DNA from: Geosiphon pyriformis uo1 | Taxonomy: Eukaryota; Fungi; Glomeromycota | Assembly: GCA_016748015.1 (NCBI GenBank) | Contig: JAAOMT010000586.1 | Coordinates: 310,001 to 374,000, forward strand | DNA: 64,000 nt | Reading direction: 5' to 3' | Shown: in pieces, positions 10,735-24,400 of the stretch | Layout: every line of letters starts with the position of its first letter | How positions within the stretch are numbered: the first letter of the stretch is position 1 | Translations under genes and position numbers: made by a program | Notes under the pieces: generated by a model | What the model was told of the DNA's origin: nothing | The model's database searches: none | The model's input: the letters and a program-made list of their open reading frames with translations, nothing else

Positions 10735-13700
10735 TCATTTTGAAACGAGAACAAATTCCCCCAAATCTTGCATACTACTACGAGCACTGGAATTAACCCC
10801 AGAGGAAGGATGTCTTGGCTTTGAAACACTTTCTAATGTTGTAGCAAATTCGCTGACATCAAGAAACGTCCTTCCTGAGGATGATGGCAAAGATTTATTG
10901 GTCACAGTTGTAGCCGCCTTTGTATTAGTTGTGGCGTAAATATGATCAAATGTGTTACATATAGTATTGTGATTGCAATTCGAATCATGAGTATCAACAC
11001 AAATCGTCATCTTGGTGGTGTTATCAATATCAAAACTACGTGCGACAAAAACAGGATTAACGTCCGCCTGTGCTTCCCTTAATAAATCTTCAAGTGTATT
11101 GTTATTATGATATCTCCCACCGATTGAAGGATTATTGTCCAATTGCGCTTCCATTAAAAGTTCCGTAATATTATCACTGACTTCTGTGATTATTGGTGAT
11201 GAATCACATTGTCGTGACAGCTCTACCCATTCTATCAAATGGCTATCACACAGCTCTCTCGCTGCAAAGTTAACCCGTTGGTCTATCCCTTTTCGAAGAA
11301 TGATTTGTTTTTGATCGTGATGTTCATCTGACGATGATGGTTCACTATCCGATATTATTGGTGTCGCTGAAAGAGGGGACTTAGAATCAGATGAAGATGA
11401 AGACGATATTGAGTCTACTGAAGCTTCTCTCTTATATTTGATAGTGTTTTCCGCACGAGGCTTGACCACTAATAGAACACGCGAGCCATTACGTTCTTTC
11501 ATTTTATCAAGTCTTTGACGCTCAGCTTCGTCAATCTCTTCTTCGATACCAACCAACATTTCTTCCATGTCATCATCTTTTTCTTGAGAAATTTCCAATT
11601 TTTCGCTGGTTTCGACATCTGGGCTTAATGTTAATTGATCTTGTCGCCTCTTTTTTTTTTCAAAAACTAATGATCTCCAAATATGCCAAACTTTCTCCGC
11701 GATTCTTCTTCTCCGTCTTTTGACAAACAAACTAACTAAATAATACTCAGATGGGAATCCACCAACTTGATAAGAATGATAATGTTGAGGTGAAACATTG
11801 ACTCCGCTTGGTACAACAAAATCAATCCCGCTTGGAGTGGAAAGCAATGGTATTGATATATCGTCTTTAGGGAAATAATATTCAGCCCACAACGTAATTA
11901 ACCTAGCGCCAGTATCTGGACGTAAGACCTCCTTTTTCCATCCACCTTTATTGCACGTGCAATCATTATCATCATGGCTGGTATGTTTTCGTGATCTTTG
12001 ATATCCAGCATTTCGGAACCATTGTTTGCGTTCTCTGACCCACGACCAAATACTCATGGCTCGTTCACGTAACCGGAGACAATCACGCTCGCACTCTGAA
12101 TTGCAAATGAAATCGCCAAATGGAGAATTTCCAGCCCCCGCACGTGCAAGACATAACAACAAGAAGGCATTATACTCGAATGCCGCAGGAAATTGCTGCA
12201 AAAGGTGATGAAGACATGTGAGAAAAAGGAGGAAAACTGGGGCAGGTGTTGTTTGTAAAGGTGGAGGTTGTTGTCCAGATCCTGTAGAAAGATATTTGTT
12301 TGCATTGTATTTTCGGGAATCACTGTTTAATAATGTATTTGGAAGATCACCACGCGCACGAAATGGATGACCAAAAGCGATCCATTCCTTCTCGATCAAA
12401 ATTTGCAGTCCCTAAAGTATTATAAGGTTACAGCTTATGAATTAAAAAATAATCTGACAGTGGGCAAATGTTGGTTATATTTTTCATTGATTTACCTTAA
12501 TCGTACGATAGTAAGGGTCTAACATGATTTGGGCTAACGAAACTAACTGAGTTGTCCTACAATTTCAAACCGCATAATTTAGAATTGATCAATGCTTACT
12601 ATAAAAAATTTAAGAGAAATTTACCTATCCCAGCCATCTGTACAATGCTGAAATAAGGCATAATTGAGAGAGAAAGGAGTTGATGACAGTTACTTGATTA
12701 GGCTATATTTTAAAAATTCAGGACAAATAAATCAAAAAGTCCAACAAAATGGATCTGTTTTCAATTATTCACTTACCACTAAAACACTAGCATCTTCATC
12801 AACAATTTTTCCTACAACACCATCTCGTCCCCCGGCGGCTTTAAGCAAATCAGCAACATGACCTAACCACCCAGTAGATTCCAGCACCGAATACCAATTT
12901 GAAGAGGTAGAGTTTGCAGAGATTGCTTTTAATAATGATTCGTGGGAAGAAGATATTGCATGAATATTTGAAAGCCCAAGAAAGCGTAATGTTGTATTCG
13001 GTGGATAATTCTCTTTTTTATCCAGAAGGTATAAATGAGGTTTAAAAAATAAATAAATAAATAATCCATCACTAAATGAAAAGATATATATCGTCGAATT
13101 TGTTACCTGTGTTTTCATATCCACCTCCACCGTATCCATTTGAAAAAGCGGATGCATAACCCCTTGCGTCCAAGACGCATATTTTCATAACACATTTGGC
13201 ATTAGGATGTCCACCAGACATGTTTGGAATTCGACCGTATGGTGCAGAGTTTTTTTTTCTTTGTATATTAATAGAGCTTTTGAAAGAATTACTAATATTA
13301 TTTTGTTCTTCATTGACAGCTCTGAGAACTTCTCTCATTAATAATTCGTCTTCAAGACCACGTGACCCCAAAAAACCAGTCATTGGCTGCCCGCTGCGCA
13401 TTAAAACATGATGTCCTTTCTTCCAACAAATTACAGGAAAACGTCCCCGCGAACGGAATCGAGCTAGATTGCGAAAAAACATGGACGGAGGCTGAGAAAT
13501 GGGAGAATTCAAGTTTAATCCAGGAAATGAATTTTGTGTTATGTCGAGTTCGGTAGATGAGGCCGTTTTAAGAATTTTTGAAGGAAGTATGAAATCTTGT
13601 GGATATGTCGGGGATAACGAAAAATCATCATTGACCGAGGCAATACACCTAATTTTAAAATCTATTGTTTAGAAATTTCTTTGAAATAAGAGTAAAGAAA

Positions 13701-14618
13701 GTGATTGTATCTCACCAAGAATCAAGATTCATTTTCATACGCTCAAATTCTTTTTGAATACGGTAACCTCTCGACCAACCAAGAATATGAGCACGTCTAT
13801 ATACGTTCTCATCAATACCTTTTGCTTCAACTTCATCATTTTCTTCATCTGAACTACTCGAGCCTCCAAACAAATCATCGAAAATTTGTTCCTCCAAACT
13901 CAACTTGCGTGATAATTTTACTTTAGGTTTTGTCTCTTGGATTTCGGTGATTTTATCTTGGTTTTTTTGGAGGACAGCCTCTCCCATTTTAAACGCAAAT
14001 ACATTTTCCATACTCGTTGGATATACAAATCGTTTCAAGATGGTAACAAACTCCTCACATAATGATGTAGCCGTAGTTCGAAAATTAATAAAGTTTCCGG
14101 TATTAGGGGTCAACTTAGGCTTCGAAAATTTGAAAAGATATTTCGAGGGAGAAAATTTCAAAGAAATCGTAATTTGGATGGGAGAATGATCAATGTTATT
14201 AATGGTAAGATGTGGAATATGAATCAGAGGTGCAGAAGCCAAGGTGGATAGTATAGGTGATGGAATAAGATTGGTAGGAGTTCTCAAAGGTTGGAAACAG
14301 GTTCGATAGTTAGTTATTACCACGATAGACTGGAGTTAAAGTGATAAGAAATCAATGGTGTGAATCGGCAAAGATTAGAGGACACATGAATGAGTAATCT
14401 TGCCAGTGGGAATAATAAATAATGCTCACTTCGTTCACAGCATCGATTTGTTCAAAGTAATCACCAACTTTACCGCCACATTCAGTGAATGATCCATCAA
14501 CTGTAGCCTCGAACAACTTGATAGCACCAGTTATAGCGAGAAACTCGGGGGTTTCTCCTGGAAATAGTATAAGTCCTGGTGGCAAATTTGACTTAGCTAG
14601 TTCAGGATCGACGCCCAT
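10735..14618 (-). CDS. Myotubularin-family phosphoinositide 3-phosphatase (YMR1/MTMR-like), multi-exon
   Basis: PH-GRAM-like N-terminus (VITNYR), SPTYPQ, FRSRGRFPV, VLDAR...GGGYEN, FLGLSNIHAI, TGWLGHV, catalytic HCTDGWDR/TTQL, MLDPYYRTIKG, IEKEWIAFGHPF, PVFLLFLTCLHHLLQQFPAAFEYN; long low-complexity C-terminal tail. Confidence 0.92.
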
Positions 14619-16062
14619 GCTGAAAAGGTCGATAATGGAATGTATAAATTGAGTTCAGGAAAAAAGCTGTCAAAGATCTCGAAGTAAGTGATTTGGTTAG
14701 AGATCAGCCGACAAAGCAAAATGGGGAAAATCTCAATTTGTGAGAAGGTGTTGAAATTTCAAACACAAAGAAATACGAAGTTATGAACTCTTAATAAGTG
14801 GTGAAACCTTAATTGAAGTTTGGGTTTCTTTTACGAGAAATATAGGGACCATCACTTGCACTTGATAGTGCGCAAAAAATGTATGGTTTTTCTCGGTCTT
14901 TATATTTTTCTAACCTCACACCTGGTGACGTATCACAATATCATAGAAAATGGGACTACCATTTTTGTTTATTTTTCATGTGCTGCTCGTGTTTCATTAT
15001 AAAGGTTTGTGCAACATGGTTGATAAATTTTACCAATGTACTAGGTCATAGAACTTTCTTTTTACAAACAAATTAAGTTATACAATATGTATTTTGTTAT
15101 ATGTATGTTGTTTATTATTATCATTTATTTTTATAATAATATAATATTATTTATCATTATTAAAAATTTTGTTTTTTTTAATGTTTACATAATTTACAAA
15201 ATTTAAATAAAATTTTTTTTTTATGATTAAAAATGTATTAAAATATTTGATTAATTTATCATAATTAATAATAAATTTAATTTTTTATCATGATAATTAT
15301 TATTATTTTTAATTTATAAACAAATACTTTATAATTTTTATTGTTTTTATAATAAGAATATTTTTTATTATTTAAGATAAAAGGGTATTGTAGCGAATTA
15401 TGACATTGTAAAGTTAACAAAATAAATTCACGCGTGAAAATAAGACGCATAAAAGTACCATTTTCTCACAAATTATTAACATTATAATTCGACAAAATAA
15501 ATATCAGTTAACAATTTTTTTATAAATTAAAATAAGTTAACTTTAGCCAAGAATTTGAAAAAATAAATAAAATAAACTTACGGATTATCAATATTAATAA
15601 AAAAATGCAATTGCGCGAACAATGAAAATTATTATCCAGGATATATAAAACCCAAGAAATCCAAGTTAGATGGAATAAATATAAAACAAAGAATGATGGG
15701 CTATATTTTTGGAAAATAAAACACACGAAAACTGTGACACTATTGTAAGTTTATCCTGCAATTCTTTTTTGGCATCATGTTCACTTCTTACAGTTCTATT
15801 GTAGTCTGTCCATTTTATTCTTTCACTTTTTTTGTTTATCTATTTTCTAAAAGTAAAAAAAAGGATCATCATAAAGTTGGAGAAATATGCCATATGTGTT
15901 GAGATGACTAAAATCAATATTTCATAACTGAATCCCTCACTCTCAAACAAAATCCCATTTGTACAATTAATAGACATTATCTTAAGGGATTTAACACTTC
16001 TGAGCATTTCCAACATGTAGAGATTGTTGCCGTTGTTTCCGATTGTTGATAAATTTTAAGGT

Positions 16063-17308
16063 TCATTGTTGGGTACGTAACCACTCCTGCTTTGCCAGCC
16101 CAGGCCAGTCAACAAAAAAGATGAAGTAGCCATTTAAAAATCCTTTGTTGTGAATATTCGTGACCGCTACTACCGTGTACTTGATGCGTCGATCCAATAT
16201 GTATCCCGCCAGGATCATTCTTGGACGCCATAAAAACCACATTTGAACCGCCGGGGAGAATTTCAAGCCTGAAAAGCTGGGGAGGGATTCCTAGATTGCA
16301 CAGGCCATGTGAGCATCTTTACCATAACGGCGGGTGAACTTGAGAAAGTCCCGGCATATCTTCTATGTCAATGATAAAGATGACGGCAGGAGTTTACGGT
16401 ACTTGAAATGGATCTTCGATTTGGCTTTTTGGCTCGGCTCGGCTTGCGGGATAGGGTTGTTGTAATACAGTCTCTTAGTGTCACGATGGGATTGGTAAGA
16501 GCTCTGAAAACGCGAGCGAAGGACCCGGTGATACAGAGTAAGTGAGAAAGAGAGTATACGGGTACATGCCTGTGGTGATTTCCTCCTAGATGTGTTCGAG
16601 ATCTGAATTTTTGATCCTGCAAATCAGGAAATAATAACCACTTGATAACGTAAAACAATGATACAACTCATACCGGGGAGACCAATACCGAATTAGTCTG
16701 TGAATAGCTTCTGCAACGTTCCATGCGATCCTTTCGGTACGATAGAATCCAGCCGACTAAAGCTAACTGGACACCTTCTCCTGTCGGTTGAATGGTCACG
16801 TAATCGTCCAGAGACTGTCCAACAGGAGGTGGGCTAGTCGGGTTGGGATTCCCTGAGCCGATTTAAACCGATGGTTGAAAAATATGGGTTCTCCATAGGA
16901 TTAGGTACACGTTCTTGCGAAGTCGCTCAGAGAGGGGGCAAAATATTACGGAAAAATTTGCGTTCTCTTTTCAGGTGCTTAATTACCTGTCTATGTGGCA
17001 ATTTCCAAGCCATGAGGTATATTTAGTTTGCTTTGCTGCTGTCGCAGTGATTGTTACGAGCGCATCCTGTAATTTCTGCACGTGCGCTTCCCATCTATAC
17101 TAGCTCCCTTTCTCTTCATCCCGCTCCTCTTTTCCTCCAACTTGATCAACTTTGCTGTCTTTCCAGTCTCCTCAAACTTCTCCGGCTTTCCGACGTAGTT
17201 TTCATACTCTATGTTCGCTCGTTCATTGTTTCTGAAAACGTGGAAGAAAATCAAACACAAGAGCGCCAGCATCATGAGACCTAACAAATTCATCCATTGA
17301 AACGTCAT
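16063..17308 (-). pseudogene. Decayed orphan gene of unknown family, divergent from the HECT ligase
   Basis: GC- and CpG-rich 1.25 kb island. It has an ATG-initiated ORF with a hydrophobic N-terminal segment (LLGLMMLALLCLIFFHVF) and a canonical-looking intron (GTATGA...CTGATTTGCAG, about 16673-16617). No frame stays open along its length. Confidence 0.4.
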
Positions 17309-17462
17309 CGGTTACGTAATTCGCCATCAATGGCGCAGCATTTGGTCTGATATTTCTAAGAAACCAACATTATTTTTTTGACAACTGCACAGTTTTTAAC
17401 ATTGACCCAGACTAGAATTTCTGATAACATTTTTTTCCAGAACTTTATTAGCCATATCAAAT

Positions 17463-20400
17463 ATGTTCAGCTTCGAAGGTGATTTCAAATCACGACGTCA
17501 AATTAACCTTGGAGGTCAAAGATATCAAGAGGACAGGCAGTTGTTGTTGAGGAGAACTCAGGATCAACGTAAAGCGCGAGAAGCCGAACGATTACGGTTA
17601 AAGTCAGCCACCAAGATTCAGGCAAGCTACTTTTTGACACCTAATGTTGATTAAATAGTGCCATTTATGTTAATCAATTATGCTGTTCATTTCTTGTCTA
17701 ATTTAGGCTTTCTACCGTGGTCGTAAGGCAGCTTCAAATGCAAGGGACTCTGAACGTTCCAATTGGGATCAAGAAGCTCAGATTTTCTTGGAAAAGAGTG
17801 GAAAATGGGATGCTGAAACGGCTCATGTTCTCACCCATTTAGTAAGAAGCTTTTTATTTTTCTACCGACAGCATCTCGATAGTCAGCGCTTTTTGTTGTG
17901 TCAAATATTAAGTAAAAAATCAAAAGGTATGTAATATCAATTCATTTGCAAAGTTTAAAAAATTGATTATTAAAGTGCATTGAAAATTTATTAGACTCGG
18001 AAATTTTATTTCTGCCATTCACTCAAGATGAGTTACGAGAAATCTGGACTTATCAAATGAAAAGAGTTTTGATCGTTTTCTTGAAAAATGATGGATCTGG
18101 ATCAATGTAAGCTATAATTTTATTTGTCCGAATTGTATCATAACTTTAAACCATGAAATTAACTTTATTTGTCACTATGATTGACTATCTATTAATTCGT
18201 ATCACAGTTTTGGAGCAATTCATTATCTTAGGATTCTTCAATTAGCGGCAGATCATTTAAATTATCAAAAATTGGGAGGGAATATTGATGGCAGGTTAGT
18301 TTACAATATCTTATCGGGCTTTTGTATGAAAAACCCATTGTAAATTGACGTGTTTTTTCACATTAGGAAGATTTCTTCAAATATAATGGAGTATTTAGTA
18401 TCACATGATTTATATAAAGAAATTAGGAAATATATAATACACATGGTAAGACTCATGTTTCATGTTATTATTTCCATCAGTCAATCGTCTGATAATTTAC
18501 ATTTTATTAGCGAGCAGATATGAACAATACTTTATCAAACAATATTATTGTGGATCTTCTATTAAATCCTTTGCCCAATGTCGCTTCAACGTCAACTTTG
18601 TCTGAATTCATAAATCAAATTCTCACAATACCACTACTACCAACACGAATTACTATAATAAAAATGCCCATTGAGGCTGTTTTGTTAAAATTAGGAAAGA
18701 CAGATATGAATCAGTGGAGCATCCAAGAAGCCAGTGCCTTATTAGGTAACATGTTGCTCTATGCTTCTCCAAAGGTTTCATATTTGAAAAGCTCTTATCT
18801 GGTGAGTTTGTATTTATGCTATAATTTTCGATACAGTTCTTTTATTTCTTGCTGACTAGGTCCTTTTAACCGGAAAATATTTAGCTTGCTTATCTCAAGG
18901 TTTTACAAAATTTATCTGCACAAATTCCAACCCATCTATTAATCGATAAATCTATAAAGAATACAAACGGTGCGTAACAAATTTTATTAAAAATTCAATT
19001 TTAAATATCTATTATAATAAATTATGTCGGCTACCTTTAAAGCGATGCTCGTCGATGATGATGAGGACGATGAAGAGGGAGATGTTAAAAAAGTAAATCA
19101 GCAGCTTCCATCGGAGAATATCGAGATAGATCCACAAATACTTGAAGCAATCGAAGAATTGTTCAATCAAGAACACCTAACATCAATATTCTTGTTTGCC
19201 ACTCGGGCCGAAACTGCCTCTCTTCTCAAAGTTGCAAATTTCTTGGTAACCTTAATGATCAGGTGGCCTGGTCGAAAAGACGAATTATTAAAAGCTATGA
19301 CCCATGGGCATTTATTTAAGTGGAGAAGCCGATCGGCAGCCAATGTTATTTGGCAAGAATTTAAAGGCACAGAGCTTGCAAAAAAAGTTCAGAGTCAACT
19401 ATTCTCGACTAGGATCGTCATTGGTATGGATATAAGGTCAAAATCATTCTGCACATATTGAATGTCCTCTCAACTCACTCAGATCACTCCGATTCTTATA
19501 TACGGATTAATTCAAGATTCCTCGTTTTCCGAGCAATGGGGCCTACTTATATTATTATGCGAGCTCTTTAGCCGTGTTTTGCTTGTCACTGGAGATGATG
19601 AATTTTTTGAAGAAGAAAAGAATCCTTTGATTCTAGGGGATATAGTTGACATGTCCACATTTTTGCGGGTAAATTTAAGCAATTATAACACTTTAACTTT
19701 CATTTTGCTCGAAACCTTTACTATATCTTTGTTTTTAATAGAATATCGCATTTTCTTTATACTGGAATTACACATCCTTTAAAATGGAAAGCACACTTGA
19801 GGGTAGCTGTATTAGTTTAAATTACCTCAGAGATGCTGTCACAAGGACTTTGCGACAAATTCACGCCCGAGAGTATGCTATCCAACTTGTTTATACAATA
19901 ATACTCTCTGCTAAATTTAAAAAATTTATCTTCAAAGTTCTCGCCGCCGATTCACATCACACGAGCATTGGTTAATGACTTCAGAATTTGATATGACAGC
20001 TTTTAACAAAGCTGTCGTTTTGGAAGAACAAGAGCTCGAAGCTGAAGAGGCCGACGAAATTTCCGAAAGACGAATTGTTGCTTCTACCAGTCCTCGGCTC
20101 GCGGTCTTAAACAATATTCCGTTTGTAATACCGTTCGAAGAACGTGTTAAGATTTTTCGAAGATTTGTTGATATTGATCGGCAACGGTCAGTTCCAATTC
20201 TGTGGGTCCCCAAAAGTCAAATGACAGTCTTCGTGGTTATTAATTTTTATGCTAATTTTTACGTCCGGGGATTTTTTCCAGGAATTATCATAATGATTTT
20301 GTTTTGGAACGCCGGACACGTGCCACTATCCGGCGTACACACGTTTTTGAAGATGGGTTTGCAAATTTGAATACCCTTGGAAAAGAGCTCAAAAGACCCG

Positions 20401-21854
20401 TCGCAATTAGCTTTATTGATGAATACGGTCTGCCTGAGGCGGGAATTGATGGTGGCGGCTTGTTTAAAGAATTTTTAACTGCGTGAGCTCTTATGTTTGC
20501 ATAAATCTTAATATATGATCAGTTCTTCTTTTATTTATTTAATTAATTACAACTCATGTAGATTAACGCGGCAAGCATTTGATGTAGACTATGGTTTATT
20601 TCTCAGTACAAAAGATAATTTGTTATACCCAAATCCTCATGCCTATGCACGTCAAGGTATAAGGACCGATATTATTGCTTTATAAGTTAGTTTTCTAAGA
20701 GCCTGATTTGTTAATCACGTTTAAACTACAGAACAGCAGCTGAACTATTATGAATTCCTTGGTCGTATACTGGGAAAAGCTTTGTACGAGGGTATATTAA
20801 TTGACGCGGGGTTTGCGGGATTTTTTTTGAGCAAATGGTTGGGTAGACTATCTTATTGTAAGTATTAACTTTACAAGAACAGCTCTTTTTTAACATGTCT
20901 GATTTGTCCCCAAACGCCTGTTTTTATTTTTCCATCAGTGGACGACTTGCCGTCTCTTGATCCTGAATTATATCAAGGGCTGATTTTTCTGAAAAACTAT
21001 AGGGGAAATGTTGAAAATGAGCTTTCCTTGAATTTTACTGCAGTTGACAAAGGTAAACCAAATGATATTTAGCGGGCAAAATTTTCTTAAATTCATTGAG
21101 GTTATATTACATAATATTTCTAGAATTCGGGGAATCCCGAAATATAGAACTGATTCCTGGGGGTAGAGATATTCCCGTAACTGAAGCGAATCGTCTCCAA
21201 TACATATTCATGGTGGCCAATTACCGCCTAAATAGTCAGATTCAATGGCAATGTAAAGCATTTTTCAGAGGGCTTAAGGATTTGATCGATGAAAAATGGT
21301 TAAGGATGTTTAATCAGGTTTTCAAAATTTTCAATTTGTTGATTGTAATTTGTCTCAACCATTTTATCCAAACTGACATGCTAAATATTACAGCAAGAAC
21401 TTCAAATTCTTATTGGTGGTATATCGATTCCTATCGATATTGATGACCTTCGAGTTAATACAGTTTATGCAGGTTACGAAGATAACGATTTTGTCATTCA
21501 AAACTTCTGGGCTGTAGTGAAAAGTTTTTCAGAGGAGCAAAAGCAAAAGTTTGTGAAATTTGTTACTTCATGCTCAAGACCACCACTGCTCGGGTTCAAG
21601 GAATTAAACCCCAAGTTCAGCATAAGAAATGCAGGGGTTGAATTACGATTACCAACTTCGAGTACATGCGTTAACCTATTAAAATTACCCGCATATCCTG
21701 ACATACAAACAATGAGAAAGTAAGTTGAAATTTTTCATTTCCTTCCATTTTTGAAAAGTTTGCTCACACTTAAAAGGATAACTGATATTAATATATAATT
21801 CTTAGAAAATTGGAATACGCGATTAACGCTGATGCTGGTTTCGGGCTTTCTTGA
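17463..21854 (+). CDS. HUL5: HECT-type E3 ubiquitin ligase, HUL5/UBE3C(UBE3B)-like, with an N-terminal IQ motif; many exons
   Basis: [18 protein letters not shown] start, IQ motif [82 protein letters not shown], catalytic [15 protein letters not shown], ending [11 protein letters not shown] at 21854. Confidence 0.94.
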
Positions 21855-24241
21855 AATCATCCAAGGGCTTAAAAAGGATTTCACAATATTCCTTTACCCT
21901 TCTTGCTTTATTTTCTAATCTCGAAATTTACTGTATATTGGGGTATGTGTTATTTGATTCTTATTTCTTTTAAGTGAAGGATGGATTTCCGCACACCTAA
22001 ATTCAGTGAATTATGTGTGGGTACCCTAGCATACCTCTAAAATGCCTAAAATTCACCAATTTTGCTGCCTGAAAACAATCTTAACTATTAGATTTTCCTG
22101 TGGACGCTTGCGAACCTGAAGCCACAAATAATTTTAAGGTCAGGAGGTCAGAGTTTAAAGGGATCATTACCCAAGTGATCGATGTAAGAGTTGTAAATAG
22201 TGCGAGTCAAATAGTATTCCTTTCCAAATGTGAATCAACTTTTTGACATAATTTTGATCGCTTCGGTAATTTTGATTGTGATAATTATTATATATGGTCT
22301 TGTACCAAAGCTTCGAATTCATTAGTATTGCTGACAAAAAAAAAATATTTTATATTACATTTTGAAAATAAAAAAAAAACAAAAATAAAGTGCTTATAAA
22401 AACAAACATACTGTATAATTAATAAAAATTAATAGATTTTATAATTAAAATTAAGAATATATAATTTAAATTTGAAATTAAGCATTCTTAAAATACTAAA
22501 TATTTAATAAAAAAGGTTTATTTATTGTATTAATTAAATGATTAAAATAATAAATAATATAATAAAAAAAATGTTTTAAAAATATATAATATTTGTTAAA
22601 TTTTTAATTAATATTTTTGCAATTAATTAAATATTTTATTTTTGGGTTTAATTTAACAAATCTTTTTTTTCTTATATTTTTCTAACTGTAATTAAAGCAA
22701 AGAGCAACTTTATTATTTTCTAAAGTAATTAATAATATTTTTATTAATAAAACAATTATAGTTATAAAAACTATTTAATAATATTCTATAAAAACACTTT
22801 TTTTAAATAAAATAGTAATTAACCAATTTTTTGTTAATTTATAAGCATTTTTTTTATTTTAATTAAAAGTTTTTCTAAAATATTTAATAAAAAACTGATA
22901 ACAATTTTTTTTTGTTTTCTTCTTTATTATTATTAAAATAATTAAAAAAAATCAAATTAGCTAAAAAGTAATTTTTTTAAATTTTTGTTATATTTAATAA
23001 TAATTTTTTTAAAATATTAAAAGGTTTTTTTTTGGTGTTTTTGGTATTAATTCTAGTGTTTTAAAATAAAACTTTGGTTTTTTTGTATCTTTTCACTTTT
23101 TTATCAGTTTTATATTATCTATATTAATTATAATATTTAATTTTATTATGATTAAAAATAAAATTTTTTTTTTTGTTTTGAATAATAATAATAATAATAA
23201 TAATAAAAATATGTTGATTAATTTAATTTAATTTAACTTTTAATTATATTATTTAATATATTGGTCTTTGATTAATTTTTGCTAGTTTTAAAAATAAAAT
23301 AAAACATATTTTTGTATATATTTTTAATTAATTAACTTATTAAATTATTTAATCTTAAAAATTAAACTAATTAAATAAAAATTAAATTAAGTTTTTTTTT
23401 TAGATTTAATAAATAAGATTCAATTGCTATCTAGTATAATACAATAATTATGTATTTTAAACTAAATACAACTTATACTTTAATTATATATTATTAGCTA
23501 TTTAAATTAATTAAAATTATATTATATATTTATTTTTACTATAATACTATTACTTAACTAAAAAAAACACAATATTTATATAACTTAAAACTTATTTTAA
23601 AAGATTTAATTATATTTAACAATTTAATTGTGTTTTAAATAAACTAATAATAAAAATTTAAGCATAAAAAATTTTTTAAATAATAAAAAAAATTTTACCA
23701 CAAAAGTAATAAAAAACACTAAAATAAATCTATTAATATAAGCAAAAAAAATTAATATCAAGTTTAAAAACTATTAAGTTACTAAATTTTTTTTTATATA
23801 AAAAACTTTATTAAAAAACAAAATTTTTAAATTAATTAATTAAATAATAATACTAAATTATAAAAAAAACTAAAAAAAAACTTCTTTCTCTCTTACTTCC
23901 AAAAATCCTCAAAAAGCGCATTTTCTGTAAAAAAAAGTTTTTTTGTTTTTTAGTTTATATCAATATTTCTTTACCTAATAATAATTCATTTTTTATGGAT
24001 ATAGAAGCTACTACTAGTAGCACCATATCTAAGAAGAAAACTCTTAAAGGCACTTTTCATGGTCCTACTAGTGGCTCCTTTTCCCAGAAGAAGAAAGTTG
24101 TTCTTGGCAATGTCAAATACTTTGGTAATAAAAGGGATATATTCTTAAGCAAATCTGAATCCAGTGTTACTCATAGAATATAGGAAATATAGTATTATTA
24201 GTCAGTAGATATTAGCCAATCAGATGTAGATGTAATAAATA

Positions 24242-24400
24242 TGGAATTTCAAAATTCCTCTTAGAAGAATTACAAGATTCCAAGAATTTCAGGATTCTCC
24301 AACAAGAAATTGCAGAATTCCAGAATTCCAGAATTTCTCTCATTAGGAATTACAGGATTCCAGGAATTCCAGGATTCCTGTTACAAGGAATTAAGAAATT
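24242..24400 (+). repeat. Tandem array of short palindrome-like GGAATTCCAG/GAATTGCAG units in LTR U3
   Basis: Directly visible, and recurs at 50600-50730 and 56470-56625. It lies between a CCAAT box (24216) and a TATATA box (about 24418). Confidence 0.85.

Noticed and set aside
15427-15438. Perfect 12-bp palindrome TTCACGCGTGAA (MCB core)
   Set aside because: Single isolated site with no identifiable adjacent gene start; cannot be distinguished from chance.
16448-16462. Possible telomerase RNA template (AACCCTA on the minus strand) in the orphan island
   Set aside because: Only 7 nt match the TTAGGG complement, short of the roughly 1.5 repeats expected, and no other supporting structure was identified.
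24242-24400. CRISPR-like array of short palindromes
   Set aside because: No unique spacers, irregular period, eukaryotic LTR context and no cas genes.
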